Shown piece after piece: positions 1 through 10,879 of a stretch of DNA of 64,000 bases. Position 1 is the stretch's first letter, and every line of letters starts with the position of its first letter. The notes under the pieces are model-generated. The model worked only from the letters and a program-made list of their open reading frames with translations, was not told the origin of the DNA and did not search any database. This DNA comes from Massalongia carnosa. Its lineage: Eukaryota. The stretch lies in NCBI GenBank assembly GCA_965645245.1, contig OZ287076.1:744001-808000 (forward strand). Reading direction: 5' to 3'. The position numbers and the translations under genes are program-made.

Positions 1-1023
1 CTTCCCACTCTTTCAGATGATCGATATCGAGGCTATTTACGAATGAGTCGTATCTCCGTTCAACGAATAGTTGATTTAATTCGATCCGATTCGGTCTTCC
101 AAAACAATTCCAATATTCAACAGGCACCGGTCGAAAGTCAACTTCAATGTGCCTTATACAAGCTTGGTCATGATGGTAGCGGAAGCGGGTTTCTTTCAAC
201 TGCCACCTTTTGGGGAGTATCCGAGGGACACGTTTTCGATTGTACCAAGCGAGTGGTGGAGGCCTTATGTCGGTTGAGGAATAGCTTCATCAAATGGCCA
301 ACTGCAAGAGCTAGGACAAGAGAAAGCTTAGCCAATGATACTCGAGAATCAGGATTTATCGGAGTAGTAGGAAAGGTGGATGGGACGGATATAGTGCTCA
401 GTACCAAACCTGGAGGTCGTTATGACGGCGAATTATTCTTTAATCGAAAGAAAAGATACGCCCTGGATTTATGTGCCGTATGCGATTCCGACAAAAGATT
501 CATTTACTTCCTCAGTGGTTGGCCAAACTCTCAGCACGATCAGAGAATCTTCGCGGCGGGAGATTTGAATAGAAATCCTCATCTTTACTTCTCGGAAGGG
601 CAGTATCTTCTCGGCGACAGTGCCTACACCAATTCTCGCTATTTGGTGACTCCATACAAGGCCCCTCATACCAGAGATGCGAATGTTCGAAAGTTCAATA
701 GAAGACTGTCTCGAATTCGTATTGACATCGAGCACACCTTTGGAATTTTGAAAGGAAGATGGAAAAGTTTAACCGGGCTGAGACTTCGAATTAGAAACAA
801 AAAAGGTTACATCTACGCCATTCGTTGGATTACTGCATGTGTAGTACTGCATAACGTTTTGTTGGACATGCATGATGAATGGGAAGAAGAAGAAGGATGG
901 TGGACATCAGAAGAGGAGGCTCATGATGAAGAATTAAAACATTTGGCTACAAGGCAAATGATGGAGGGCATTTTGAAAAGGGAACAGGTAAAAGATCTAG
1001 TTCTCAATGATATTGGCAGATGA
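1..1023 (+). CDS. PIF/Harbinger-family transposase (DDE_Tnp_4/HARBI1-like), 5' end outside window
   Basis: Frame is open from base 1 (LPTLSDDRYRGYLRMSR...). Harbinger motifs VGKVDGTDI, FFNRKKRYAL, WPNSQHDQRIF, LLGDSAY, FNRRLSRIRIDIEHTFGILKGRW, ACVVLHN give a complete D-D-E triad. Confidence 0.93.
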   Translation, partial: LPTLSDDRYRGYLRMSRISVQRIVDLIRSDSVFQNNSNIQQAPVESQLQCALYKLGHDGSGSGFLSTATFWGVSEGHVFDCTKRVVEALCRLRNSFIKWPTARARTRESLANDTRESGFIGVVGKVDGTDIVLSTKPGGRYDGELFFNRKKRYALDLCAVCDSDKRFIYFLSGWPNSQHDQRIFAAGDLNRNPHLYFSEGQYLLGDSAYTNSRYLVTPYKAPHTRDANVRKFNRRLSRIRIDIEHTFGILKGRWKSLTGLRLRIRNKKGYIYAIRWITACVVLHNVLLDMHDEWEEEEGWWTSEEEAHDEELKHLATRQMMEGILKREQVKDLVLNDIGR

Positions 1024-1072
1024 CTATTAAGCAAGATGCATCTCATCTTTGAGACATCAATGAAATAAAATC

Positions 1073-2041
1073 TTATCTCTGGGACGTCTTCTCCAGCTCG
1101 ATTTGTAGTCGTCGCATGGTCTCCTCATGTTGCATTTTAGCCATGATAATGGATTCTTCATGCTTCAAAATAATCTCCTGATGATGCTGATCTCGTTGCT
1201 TGATTTCTAGATCATTATTCCTTTGCAGTCTAGCTTGATCAATCTCGAAATCTTTAGATTTCATGAGTTGAACCTCTATCATTGCATCACCCACGGACTT
1301 GTTTTTAGATCTTTGCTTACTTAGCTTGGGACGAGACGTCTCGCTGTCGCTGTCCACATTCCAGGGACGTTTAGTGGATGATCCCATCTTCTTGTTAAGG
1401 GTAGAAGGTTTTAAATGTTTAACCGTCTTCTTCTTCATCGGACCTTCTTTCAACAAATCCGTTTCGGATTGATTATCTTCATCTGTAGTCTTATCCTTAA
1501 GATCAATCTCGAAGTTATCATCTTCTGAATCATCGTTCAGTTCTTTTCCGCCTGTCATCAATTCTGTAGTAACATCAGGCTGAGTGGACTCTATGAGAAA
1601 TGGAGGGGTAATAGTAGGTAGATCCCCCATGATCTCTTCAAATTCATAGTACCATGCGCATTTCTTCAAGATAACCTCCTTGATTGTCTCCCCGCGAGTG
1701 TTGTCGGCGACAACATCATGATTGGTAGGATCCACTCCCCATCCAGTTGTATCGGCCAGACTCCGCGTCTCTTTGAAAGTCTTTATCATCTGACCGATTT
1801 TGTCCCTCGTCTTTTCCTTTGAGATGTCCGGTCGTTGCAGTCCCAATCCACTTTCTTCCAACAAACGTCTGGATGCCTCCACTTTATTACTCTTTTGATA
1901 GGTGTTTAGATGAGTAAGGACTCCATCGCCATCTCGAAAGCAAAGCCATTGAACAATCTGCTGAATGTCTTCATCTTTCCATCTGATGTTGGGAGCCTGG
2001 CGAGTTCGAACGATACGAGTAGGAGGGGGTGTGGACGTCAT
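1073..2041 (-). CDS. Myb/SANT-like (trihelix) DNA-binding protein, second ORF of the Harbinger element
   Basis: 322-aa ORF convergent on the transposase (49-bp gap); N-terminal W-x-D...W helix, KTRDKIGQMIKTFKE and ILKKCAWYYEFEEIMGD motifs, acidic middle and coiled-coil C-terminus, as in Harbinger ORF2 proteins. Confidence 0.8.
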   Translation of the reverse strand: MTSTPPPTRIVRTRQAPNIRWKDEDIQQIVQWLCFRDGDGVLTHLNTYQKSNKVEASRRLLEESGLGLQRPDISKEKTRDKIGQMIKTFKETRSLADTTGWGVDPTNHDVVADNTRGETIKEVILKKCAWYYEFEEIMGDLPTITPPFLIESTQPDVTTELMTGGKELNDDSEDDNFEIDLKDKTTDEDNQSETDLLKEGPMKKKTVKHLKPSTLNKKMGSSTKRPWNVDSDSETSRPKLSKQRSKNKSVGDAMIEVQLMKSKDFEIDQARLQRNNDLEIKQRDQHHQEIILKHEESIIMAKMQHEETMRRLQIELEKTSQR

Positions 2042-2653
2042 CTTTATTTTAGAACTGTTGGGGCTGATTCTGAGAATTTCTATTAACTAGATTTTGAGCC
2101 CTGACAAGAACACCCTGACAAGAACAGTGGTCAGCTATGAAAGAAGACGAGGTAGTAGTATTCTTACCTTAATTGTACGATTCGTTGATGCCGTTGATCA
2201 TTTACCTTATAATTCTGATGAATGAGGTTAGTGGATTGAAGGATTTATGAGATAATGGTTTATCGGTCGATTTTGACCGATAAACCATTATTCCCGTGTT
2301 CCCGTATTTATAAAAAAAAAGGGGTAGAGTTAAACCTAGATAGGTTTAGTCTGCTTACTAATATTTACGGGAAAACGGGAATAATGGTTTATAGACTCGA
2401 AAATTTCTACTCTGAAAACCCCTAGTATATAAAATATAATCCAGTTTTGTCATCATGTAGATGTTGGAGGTAGTATAAACTTCAATCAGGTGGTAGGGGT
2501 ATGCTGAAACACTGGTTCCCTGAACACCAGCTTCGAGAACCAATCTATAGCTTACACTCCCCTCACGAATCAAAGCGTGCTTACTAAAGATATACCGCCC
2601 TCCTTGATATCACCAACCCTATCGGTGCTTCTCAGCGAGTACCATCCCTTTTT

Positions 2654-3985
2654 TTAATGAGCCGGTGTGATGATACGATCCGAGCAATGGTCCATTTGGA
2701 TAATGCTCATAGGCCACTGGATCCACGAGTGCCAGGGTTCGTCAAGCTCGCGATATATGTTGGCCATGAGGTGAGCGGTCCAACCTCGTTTCCACCAGTA
2801 TCCCTCAAGATGATGTAGAAGTACGCAATAGTGCGCCAGTACGATCAATGCTTCGGGACTTCGGGCGTTGAGCATGTGGATGAACTTCTGAGGGATGACT
2901 ACAGGCCATAGAAAAGCGATAGACACCTCGCACTCGGTAGGTACCTTGGTGTAGAGCTTCACATAGCAGTTTTGGAGCTCTTCAACCGCTATCCTATAGG
3001 CATCGATAACCTCCTGATCGCCCGCAGCGTTCTGGCAAAGACGCAAGAGCTGGTTGAATTGGTTGCCTGCCGCCTCAGAAAGCTCCCGTTGATTGGGTTG
3101 CTCAATACCGTCCTGAAGAAGACCACCAAGACTGCCATTCTTGATCCATGGCCATACAGACATCAGGATCGAGTGCACTCCGCGAATCAGTGGCAGCCAT
3201 TCCGGCGGTTCTTGTGAGTTTTCCGTGAAAGCAAGGCTTTCCGACGCCCTTGGAGACGCAAAGGCAAAGACCACAATGAGCGAAGATAAGGCAAAGAAAG
3301 CGTGGCAATTGGACTGGTCCATTTTTGACATGACTAAACGGAAAGAGCTCAAAGCAAGATGCTGGTGCTGCACGGCTACTTGCCTGTACCCCTCCTGCTT
3401 TTCTGGCCTTAAATGGGCAAGATGAAGAGCTGCAACAGCTAATAAACCTCGCATCAGAAAGTCATGGCGGAAAGCCTCTTGGGGGACAGCAATTTGCCAT
3501 AGCCGGTGGGATTGTGGTTGGTCAGACAAAGTGAAGCAGGTTTCGGTCGTGAAGTGATGCAGCAGTTCAAGGTCTCCCATATGCAAATCGGTCGGGCGAA
3601 CCGCACTTCCCCCGGTATACGGTGTAGAAAGGCTCAGGGATCGCTCCACAGCATGGGAGTCTGAGGATCGGATCTCGGAGGCCCCTGCCGGCGACCTGGG
3701 GAGAGATGAGGAGGCTGCATCGGTGGTTTTAAGGGAGAAATCGCAAGTCACGGAATGTTTAGCACAGTTCGTGCAGGTGGGGGTACGTTCATCACACTTT
3801 TTCGAGAAGTTAGAGTTGCTGGGTTAGCAGAGGATTATCAAGCCTTGTCAAAGGAGAGTAAGAGGAGGCCTATGGTAGCTGAGAGTAGACTTGGATGACG
3901 ACTGAAGAAAATGTACCTTGATTCTCCGTTTTTTGCACTGAGCACAGCCAGTTCTGGATTTTGGATGGCTTTTTCGGGAGACCAT
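2654..3985 (-). CDS. Zn(II)2Cys6 transcription factor, Upc2/sterol-uptake-control-like
   Basis: Exon 1 3985-3917 (MVSRKSHPKSRTGCAQCKKRRIK), intron 3916-3797 (GT..CTAAC..AG), exon 2 (CDERTPTCTNCAKHSVTCDF...) completing the six Cys; DLELLHHF, FLMRGLLAVAALHL and PEALIVLAHYCVLLH motifs typical of this family. Confidence 0.9.
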
Positions 3986-4313
3986 AGTTTTTACGTTTTG
4001 CTGGTGAGAGGGGAGAATTGCTGCTTCCCGCAATAGATAATTGGCTTTAGTATGAGGCTAGGAGAATTTTATGAGGCAGTTTTCATGAGTATGCATTTTC
4101 ATCATCAGAAGAGACCAAGATGAATTCCAGAGGTATGAATCACAGTCCAACGGTGTAGAGAAAAGAATTGGTTATATGGAATGAAGTGTTAGTGTATGTG
4201 GAAAGTGAATGTCCTACTTGTAGGTAGAGATACTTTAGGTGGAAGAGCCAAGACTCGCTTGTGATTGGAGATAACAACGTCAAGCAACCATGTAAGCCAC
4301 TCAGTGACCCATT

Positions 4314-4828
4314 ATGAAGTCAGAAACCTATCGAAAAATAGGTAGAGGAGGCGCAGGGAATTATTACAGCAAGCAAGACGTTGTTGAAGCCGCCAAGCGC
4401 GCTGTCGAGGTGATAAATCCAACATTCACGTATTTTGAAGCACTTTGCTAACCCTCGAGCAGGATGTCGAAGCTCAAAGCCAAATCTCCAGCGCCAGCTT
4501 ACCTAATCGAGAAGTCTCCCGCGCCGAGTACGTCAACTCTGGCCGCGGTGGCGTTGGGAATTTCAAGAAGGGGAGCGATCCTAGCAGCAGCAGTGTAGTT
4601 CCACCAACCACGACGCAAGTGTTAAGGGGGACGCGGGTGCCTGAACTTGGATATTCCGGACGAGGTGGGACGGGAAACTCGAGGAACGGGGAAATCGAGA
4701 AGATGCTATTGGATGCGGAGACTCAAGCCAAGGAAGCGCAGAATCGGGCACATGAGGAGGCTGTTAAAGATGTGGAGATGGAGTTGAAACCGCCTGAGAG
4801 GGCACATTTGGTTAGCGAGCGAATATGA
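4314..4828 (+). CDS. Small fungal protein with GRGGxGN repeats (DUF3602-like)
   Basis: Exon 1 4314-4409 (MKSETYRKIGRGGAGNYY...), intron 4410-4462 with GCTAAC branch, exon 2 with SGRGGVGNF and SGRGGTGNS. Confidence 0.8.
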
Positions 4829-5290
4829 TGGGGCAATAGCGATATCATTTGCTTCTTCTTGTATCACTATGTAGTATCTAACATATGTCCTCGAGCAGCC
4901 GTGCTTTGGAACTGTTTCCTAATCCCCAATACTCATTCCCATTGAAAAACCTAGCATTCAATCTATCAACTGTAATTCGGTCTTGGAGAGGAATTGTGGT
5001 AGGCGATATCGCTGCTGCACGCTGCGTAAAGAGTAGAAACTTTGAAAACGTCCATTCATTCCATTACAAAAAGATCTATATACTTTCGCAACAAGGCGCC
5101 TTTGTAAAACAACGCCATAGGGTACTGGCGATATTGAAAGATTATAATTGGATATGTGATCATCTCAAACATCGAACGAAGCTCTTTATCGAAGACTCAA
5201 ATTTCTAGATTCTTAGTAGTGTTGCCTCTCATAGCTGACACTTTTCCTCTCCTACTGTTACTTGTAGCACGCTGATGATCTGCTATGGCC

Positions 5291-5580
5291 GAGCCCCTGA
5301 AATCTGCATCCATTCGTTGTCAGTTTCCATCTAAAGTAGGGACTGTGAACCTTTTCGGCTAGCTATGCTCATTTGTTGATCTTGCTAGATAGTGCCCCTA
5401 AGTTTCATTCATTCATTGTCAGTTTCCCTCGAATTTGAGATGGTGAGCCTTTTGGCCAGCTATTTTATCAAGTCTTTGTCAATTCCCAGCTAAAATGAGT
5501 TGGTGAACCTTACTGGTCAGCTAGTACGCTCATTTGGTGATCTTGTTAGATAGAGCCCCTAAAATTTCATTCATTCATTA
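5291..5580. repeat. Diverged ~100-bp direct repeats
   Basis: GCCCCT-(n)-CATTCATT-GTCAGTTTCC and GCTCATTTG(T/G)TGATCTTG(C/T)TAGATAG(T/A)GCCCCTAA blocks recur near 5291, 5367-5425 and 5528-5580. Confidence 0.7.
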
Positions 5581-5944
5581 TTAATACCCAGTATGAACTC
5601 GTACGGCAAGACGAAACTTGCTTAAAGTGAAAGTGTGAAACAAAGGAATCTTTCAACTAGAAAAGACGCGCCTAGGAATTGAGTGTTGCTGAAGAGTTTT
5701 TCTTGCTTCCAGCCAACCAGAACATACGAATAGAGCAGGTGGTCGAAGTACTTTGTGATGAGCGGAGATTTCCTTGCTTTGATCCACCCAGAACGCGTCG
5801 GCGGGGCTATAGACCACACTAGGTACTTTGTGATGAAGCATCACCAGCTCGCCTATAAATATTCTTACTTCTCATCTTCTTTCCTTCCTTCTTTCTTTCT
5901 TCCTTCAACCCACTGTTACCTTAACAGCTTCATACCTTTAACAT

Positions 5945-6395
5945 CATCACTTGCTCAAAGCCTTTACCAGCTTCACCTAATATCCTCCTCTTGCCAAGCA
6001 TTTCTTCAGCTCTATCTTAAAATCATCACCAACTCAAAGCCTTTACCAGCTTCACCTAATATCCTCCTCTTGCCAAGCATTTCTTCAGCTCTATCTTAAA
6101 ACCATCACCAACTCAAAGCCTTTATCAGCTTTTTTCTTGACATCGTCACCTACACAAAGCCTTTGGCAGCTTCACTTGACATCCTCCTCTTGTCAAACCT
6201 TGCTTCAGCTCTATCTTATCATCACCAACTTAAAGCCTTTATCAGCTATTTTCTTGACATCGTCACCCACACAAAACCTTTAGCAGCTTCACTTGAAATC
6301 TTCCTCTTGTCACATCTTGCTTCAGCTTCTCTTGCCATCGTCACTCAGTCAAAGTCATTTTTCAGCTTCCTATCCTTTGCAACGTCACATACACA
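5945..6395. repeat. Tandem array of ~39-40-bp units with a near-perfect ~79-bp higher-order duplication
   Basis: CTCAAAGCCTTTACCAGCTTCACCTAATATCCTCCTCTTGCCAAGCATTTCTTCAGCTCTATCTTAAAA occurs twice (about 5954-6022 and 6033-6101), followed by more diverged units. Confidence 0.9.
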
Positions 6396-6599
6396 GTTCC
6401 TAATTTGGCTTTAAAGTCAGCTCGTCCTACAGAAACCAGATCAGCTCCCGGCTTTTCTTCAAATCGTTAGGTTAAGAAATAAGTTCTTTGCCTATCTCAC
6501 CAGATTGCTTTTTAAGCACCTCCTCATTTAGCTTCTTGTCAGACCAGATTGTCATCTAAAGATCAACTTTCAAAATCAACTCTCAGCTCTACTGTTCTC

Positions 6600-6890
6600 T
6601 TGGCTACTTCTATCGATTGATCTCAGAACACCTATCCATTTGGCTCTAGTCAGATCTTCTCCAAACCCAGCTTCCAGAACCAATTTTCGACTCTTTTGTC
6701 CCCTTGGCTTTTTCTACAGATCATTAGATCAAGAAATTGTCTTTTGGCTATCTCTTCATATCGATCCCAGGGCACTCATCCGTTTGGCTTTAGTCAGATA
6801 GTCTTTCAAAACCAGCTTCCAGAATCAAATTTCGGCCCTTTTGTCCGCTTGGCTTTTTCTATAGATCATTAGATCAAGAAATCGTCTTTT
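6600..6890. repeat. Two ~145-bp direct repeats
   Basis: TTTGGCT(C/T)TAGTCAGAT...CCAGCTTCCAGAA...CTTGGCTTTTTCTA(C/T)AGATCATTAGATCAAGAAAT present twice. Confidence 0.85.
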
Positions 6891-6936
6891 AGCAAATATC
6901 CAGCTTTTCATCAAAAACCAAAAACATCCTGTCATA

Positions 6937-8826
6937 ATGTTTTTCAGTGCCATCCTCGCTGCGATTACTGCCATTTTCTTGGCATCAGTTGACAAAACCT
7001 TCTTCCCGTTGACGTCGGTTGGGTTTCAAAACTGGTACAGCATTGCTGCCCCTCCGCCGTCTCCGCCACCACCTCCCGCTGTTCGGTTCTATTTCCCAAC
7101 AGCGGATGACTACGCAAGAGCATACTACGTTGTATCGCTCGCCAACATCACTGCGCCACCACCACCTCCCTCTTTTTTTGAGAAGGTGGAGAACCCTCCC
7201 GCAGAGAACTCAAATCCCGCACAAGAGACCGAAGCAACGTTCACGCCGCCATCACCATTTGACTCGTTCCCTAAGAGTCTTCAGTTCATCTACGAGGTGG
7301 TTTTCTTCCTCGCTGCGGTTGGCCTGTTCGTCGGCCATTTTGCCACCCTGATTGCGCCTGTCTTTCTTGAAGGAAAGCGGCTCAGGGACCAGCATCGCCA
7401 TGTTCACCTTACTTTCAGGATCAAGGATATCCAATACTTGATCCCTTCGTATGGGTTCTCTGATATCATCAGATATCAGAGTCAAGAACTGGCGGCGCTT
7501 GCTGCGCAAACCACCAGCCTCACGGATGCTATTGTCCAGCTACAACTGGACAATGCCAACGATAAAGCCACTCAAGCGGAGCGCATCGCAACGCTTGAGC
7601 TCGAGTTGGAAACCAAGCGTACTGCTGTAGCAGAACGCATTGTCCAACTCGAGAAGGCTTTATCCGACAAAGAAGCACGTGTAACCGGGCTGGAGGAACA
7701 GATCCTGAACGAAAAGGCCGAGTCAAGCAAACGTACTCGGTCTTTAGAACAGGAGCTGCGCATGGCAAAAGATACCGCAGCAGCACGGATTCGGGCTTCG
7801 GAGAAGGATCTGCGCGAGGCAAATGACAATGCGGGGGAACGTACCCGCGGGCTTCAGCAGACTATCCAGAAAGAGCAGCGTGTTTCCTCAGCTCGGATCG
7901 ACAAGCTGACCAAAGACCTCGACCAAGAGCGCACCAGCTCGGCAACCACCATCGAGGGGCTCAAGCTGGAACTTCAAAACGAGCGTAAAAGCTCGTCCAG
8001 CAAGGTCGACCAGCTAAAGAAGGACATCCAGAAAGAACGCAAAGCCTCCTCCTCGCAAAAGGACGCTACGCAGAGATCGCTCCAAGACGAGAAGTCGACC
8101 GTATCAAACCAGCGATCTCGCATAGCGTCCTTGGAAAAGGACCTCGAGGAGGAACGTGGCTTTGCGGGCTTTCACGCCGCTCGCAACGAGGAGCTGGACC
8201 AGGTTCTCCGCGAGACAAGGGCCAAATTGGCCACGGAGATCCAAGACCTGGAACAGTCCCTCGGCGAAGAAAAGGAACTCTCGTCAACCCGGCAGTCCCG
8301 GGTTGAGAGCCTCGAGCGGGAACTTCAGGAAGGCACCACTGCGCTAGCCAACGCCAAGCAGGAAAATTCCGGCGAGGACCTTGAGAACGAAATCAAGGAC
8401 CTTAAAGCAAAGGCGGAGGAGGCTAAGGAGATGATGGCAAAGTTGCAACGCTCCTTTGCCAGTCAAGGAATGGAGTTGGCGAGCGTCAAGCGCCAGCTTC
8501 AATTCGCCCGGTCAGCCCAGACCGCGGCGTCTCCTCCGATGCCTCCTCCGATGCCTGCGCCAATGCCCGCTCCTGTTCCTTTTCCGGCGGGGATTCCACC
8601 CACTAACCGTTTCCCGGTGCCTCCACCAACGGCGCCTGCAGCAATGCGGGCGACGGGAATGGGGGCACCAACGGTAATGGCGTGGGATCCCAACCGCAAC
8701 CCAAACCCCCCCGTCAATCCGGAGCAGCTGATGCACAATCAGCGCTTTCCGCCACGCCAGCAATGGCCGATGCCACCCAACGTTAGGGGGCACTGTGGAA
8801 ACACCCCACCTCCGGGGATGCGTTGA
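6937..8826 (+). CDS. Orphan-like protein: hydrophobic N-terminus, Pro-rich segment, one TM helix, long coiled coil, Pro-rich tail
   Basis: 629-aa intronless ORF; MFFSAILAAITAIFLAS, TM-like FIYEVVFFLAAVGLFVGHFATLIAPVFL, heptad-rich aa ~180-525, candidate TATAAA at ~5854. Confidence 0.75.
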   Translation: MFFSAILAAITAIFLASVDKTFFPLTSVGFQNWYSIAAPPPSPPPPPAVRFYFPTADDYARAYYVVSLANITAPPPPPSFFEKVENPPAENSNPAQETEATFTPPSPFDSFPKSLQFIYEVVFFLAAVGLFVGHFATLIAPVFLEGKRLRDQHRHVHLTFRIKDIQYLIPSYGFSDIIRYQSQELAALAAQTTSLTDAIVQLQLDNANDKATQAERIATLELELETKRTAVAERIVQLEKALSDKEARVTGLEEQILNEKAESSKRTRSLEQELRMAKDTAAARIRASEKDLREANDNAGERTRGLQQTIQKEQRVSSARIDKLTKDLDQERTSSATTIEGLKLELQNERKSSSSKVDQLKKDIQKERKASSSQKDATQRSLQDEKSTVSNQRSRIASLEKDLEEERGFAGFHAARNEELDQVLRETRAKLATEIQDLEQSLGEEKELSSTRQSRVESLERELQEGTTALANAKQENSGEDLENEIKDLKAKAEEAKEMMAKLQRSFASQGMELASVKRQLQFARSAQTAASPPMPPPMPAPMPAPVPFPAGIPPTNRFPVPPPTAPAAMRATGMGAPTVMAWDPNRNPNPPVNPEQLMHNQRFPPRQQWPMPPNVRGHCGNTPPPGMR

Positions 8827-9519
8827 GGAGGTGTGGTGCGGGGTTTAGGTTTTGGGCGGCGGTTGCGCTGTGCTTTGGCTGTTTCTTCTTGATGGATGTG
8901 ATGGATTCTGATGCGAGCCGTGGGTTGGCCTGGTGGTTTCTTCTTGCGTGCGTGGTTGTGGCAGTGGCTATTTGGATGGTTGAGCGAGATCGTTTCTTTT
9001 GTTTTTCTTACTCTGTTTTCCTTACTCTTTTTTCTTTTTTCCCTCCCTGGGCAGGCCTGTGGATTGCGTTGATTTTTGATTTTCGCGTTTGATTTATTTC
9101 CCGAGTTACGCGCAGTTATTTCCTTGCATGTTCTGAGCTTAATTATGTAAATAAGGACGCTGGTCGTCAATGGAAAGCTTCCCATCAGTCCGCAAAAAGT
9201 GTCCCAGCCAAGAAATCTTCAGTATGCAGCTACGTCCAAAGGTGATCCAAGAATATGGAAGAGAGACCAGGGGCTTGCACCTAGTAGAAGGAAACACAAG
9301 GCATAAGGCTTTTCTAGAAGCGGCTGCTGAATTATTCCCAATCACCCAAGAAAAGCTTGAAAGCCTATTATAAGGACTTGCTCTAAATAGTCTTGCCTGA
9401 AGCTTGGCTAGCTGAAGCTTCACCGACACGTTCACCACCAAGACCTAATAGATTCAACAGAACCAAGAAAAGCACATCGGACATCTGTACTAAGGAACAG
9501 AAGAAGAATAACATACTTG

Positions 9520-10357
9520 CTATGAGCGGCCTGGGGCCCAACTCTCTTCTACTTCACGTCTTTGGCATATTGCTGCCCATCCTTTTCGCACCACATCCGC
9601 ACTTACAGTTCCTTCCAATCTCTGAATGGCAACTTCGATAGGCAACAAGTAAGATTCATAAAGTGCTTCTTCTGCATCAACACTAGTATTTTCATGATGG
9701 ATCGGTTGATATCCTTCGGGCTCAAGCATGATTCTCTCAGCTAATGTCATCTCGGCTGGATACTTTGGTGGGGGTAGATAAGGTACTGGCTGCTCTAGAT
9801 TTGAGCTTCTCATCGATGCTTCTACCGTTGGGGGTATGGTCTCGGCAATGTACCAAAAGAGTATGTACTGAGCCGAGCGAGACTGGGGAGCCAGCTGTGT
9901 CCAGACCGGCTCGCAAACAAAAGATGACAGATTATGTGAAGGGGGATGATAAGGCAGTGGTTGACGATGAGAAATGGGTATAGGGAGAAGACGGTTGCGA
10001 AAGCCGGTCTGTTGCTCGTGTCAGCTCGAACAAATACATCTTCAGCGGAAGAGGACGTACCTCCTCGAAACCTTCTCGCTCAGCACCGCTCGCGGTATCT
10101 TCGCCGGCATCCCTCCTTCCTTTCGGCAAAAACCAGTACTTATCCACGCTATGTTGGCATATTATCACACGAGAGGAGGCAAGATGGAATATAGCCACGC
10201 CAGCTCCGACGGTCAGATGACTGCTATCGAAATTTGCAACTACAGGAAGGTCTGACAAAGGGACTGTGGAGGGCGAATTGGAGATGAGAAGAGCTTTTTT
10301 AGTATGGTGTTTTTTCTTTGGTTGATGTGCTTCATCTTTCTCTTCGGGGTTTTCCAT
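9520..10357 (-). CDS. Nudix hydrolase
   Basis: Nudix box WFLPKGRRDAGEDTASGAEREGFEE|TG split by an intron (about 10060-10009, GTACGT..GCTGAC..AG); exon 2 TGFRNRLLP...QYILFWYIAET continuing to the stop at 9520. Start could alternatively be 10444. Confidence 0.85.
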
Positions 10358-10879
10358 TACACCGATCTGCGAGGGACTATCATTCCTATGTAGCAGTTTA
10401 ATTAACGGAGTTGCTATGGAACAAAATAAGTCAGCGGCTTTCATATCAGGAATTCTTGCCGATTGCGGATTTCAGTTCTGCTATCTTGCGATCCGTATTT
10501 ATGTGCGTTGTTGCTTCGTTGAGGGAAGGATCATCGGTATCACGTGAGTGTGCCTCGCTTCTCTGATCTATTCCCTTTCCCCAATAACTCGTGCAACTGA
10601 AATTTTTTTATCCAATCCCAAGATGAGTTGTAGGCTTTTTCTGTGGGCGAAATGATGAAAACCATGAAGCATGAAAGACCTCGTTTCATGCTGCTGCAAG
10701 GCCCCAAGAAACTCATCGGGACAGCGCATGGATTGATTGCTACCTAAAGGCTTTCTTTATGCAAGCAGTCTATTTAAGAGGCCCTAGAACTCCCACTCAT
10801 TTAACAAGCCAGTTCATCAGACTATCCTAAGCCTACATTATCTCACTTACTCCAGCCAACGGTCATATCGTTTCTAGAA

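Larger units (their letters stand above)
1..2422. mobile_element. Autonomous-type PIF/Harbinger DNA transposon (right part)
   Basis: Transposase plus Myb-like ORF, followed by subterminal inverted repeats (2252-2392) and a candidate terminus ...CTACTCTGAAAACCCC at 2422. Left end is outside the window so TIR/TSD cannot be confirmed. Confidence 0.8.
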
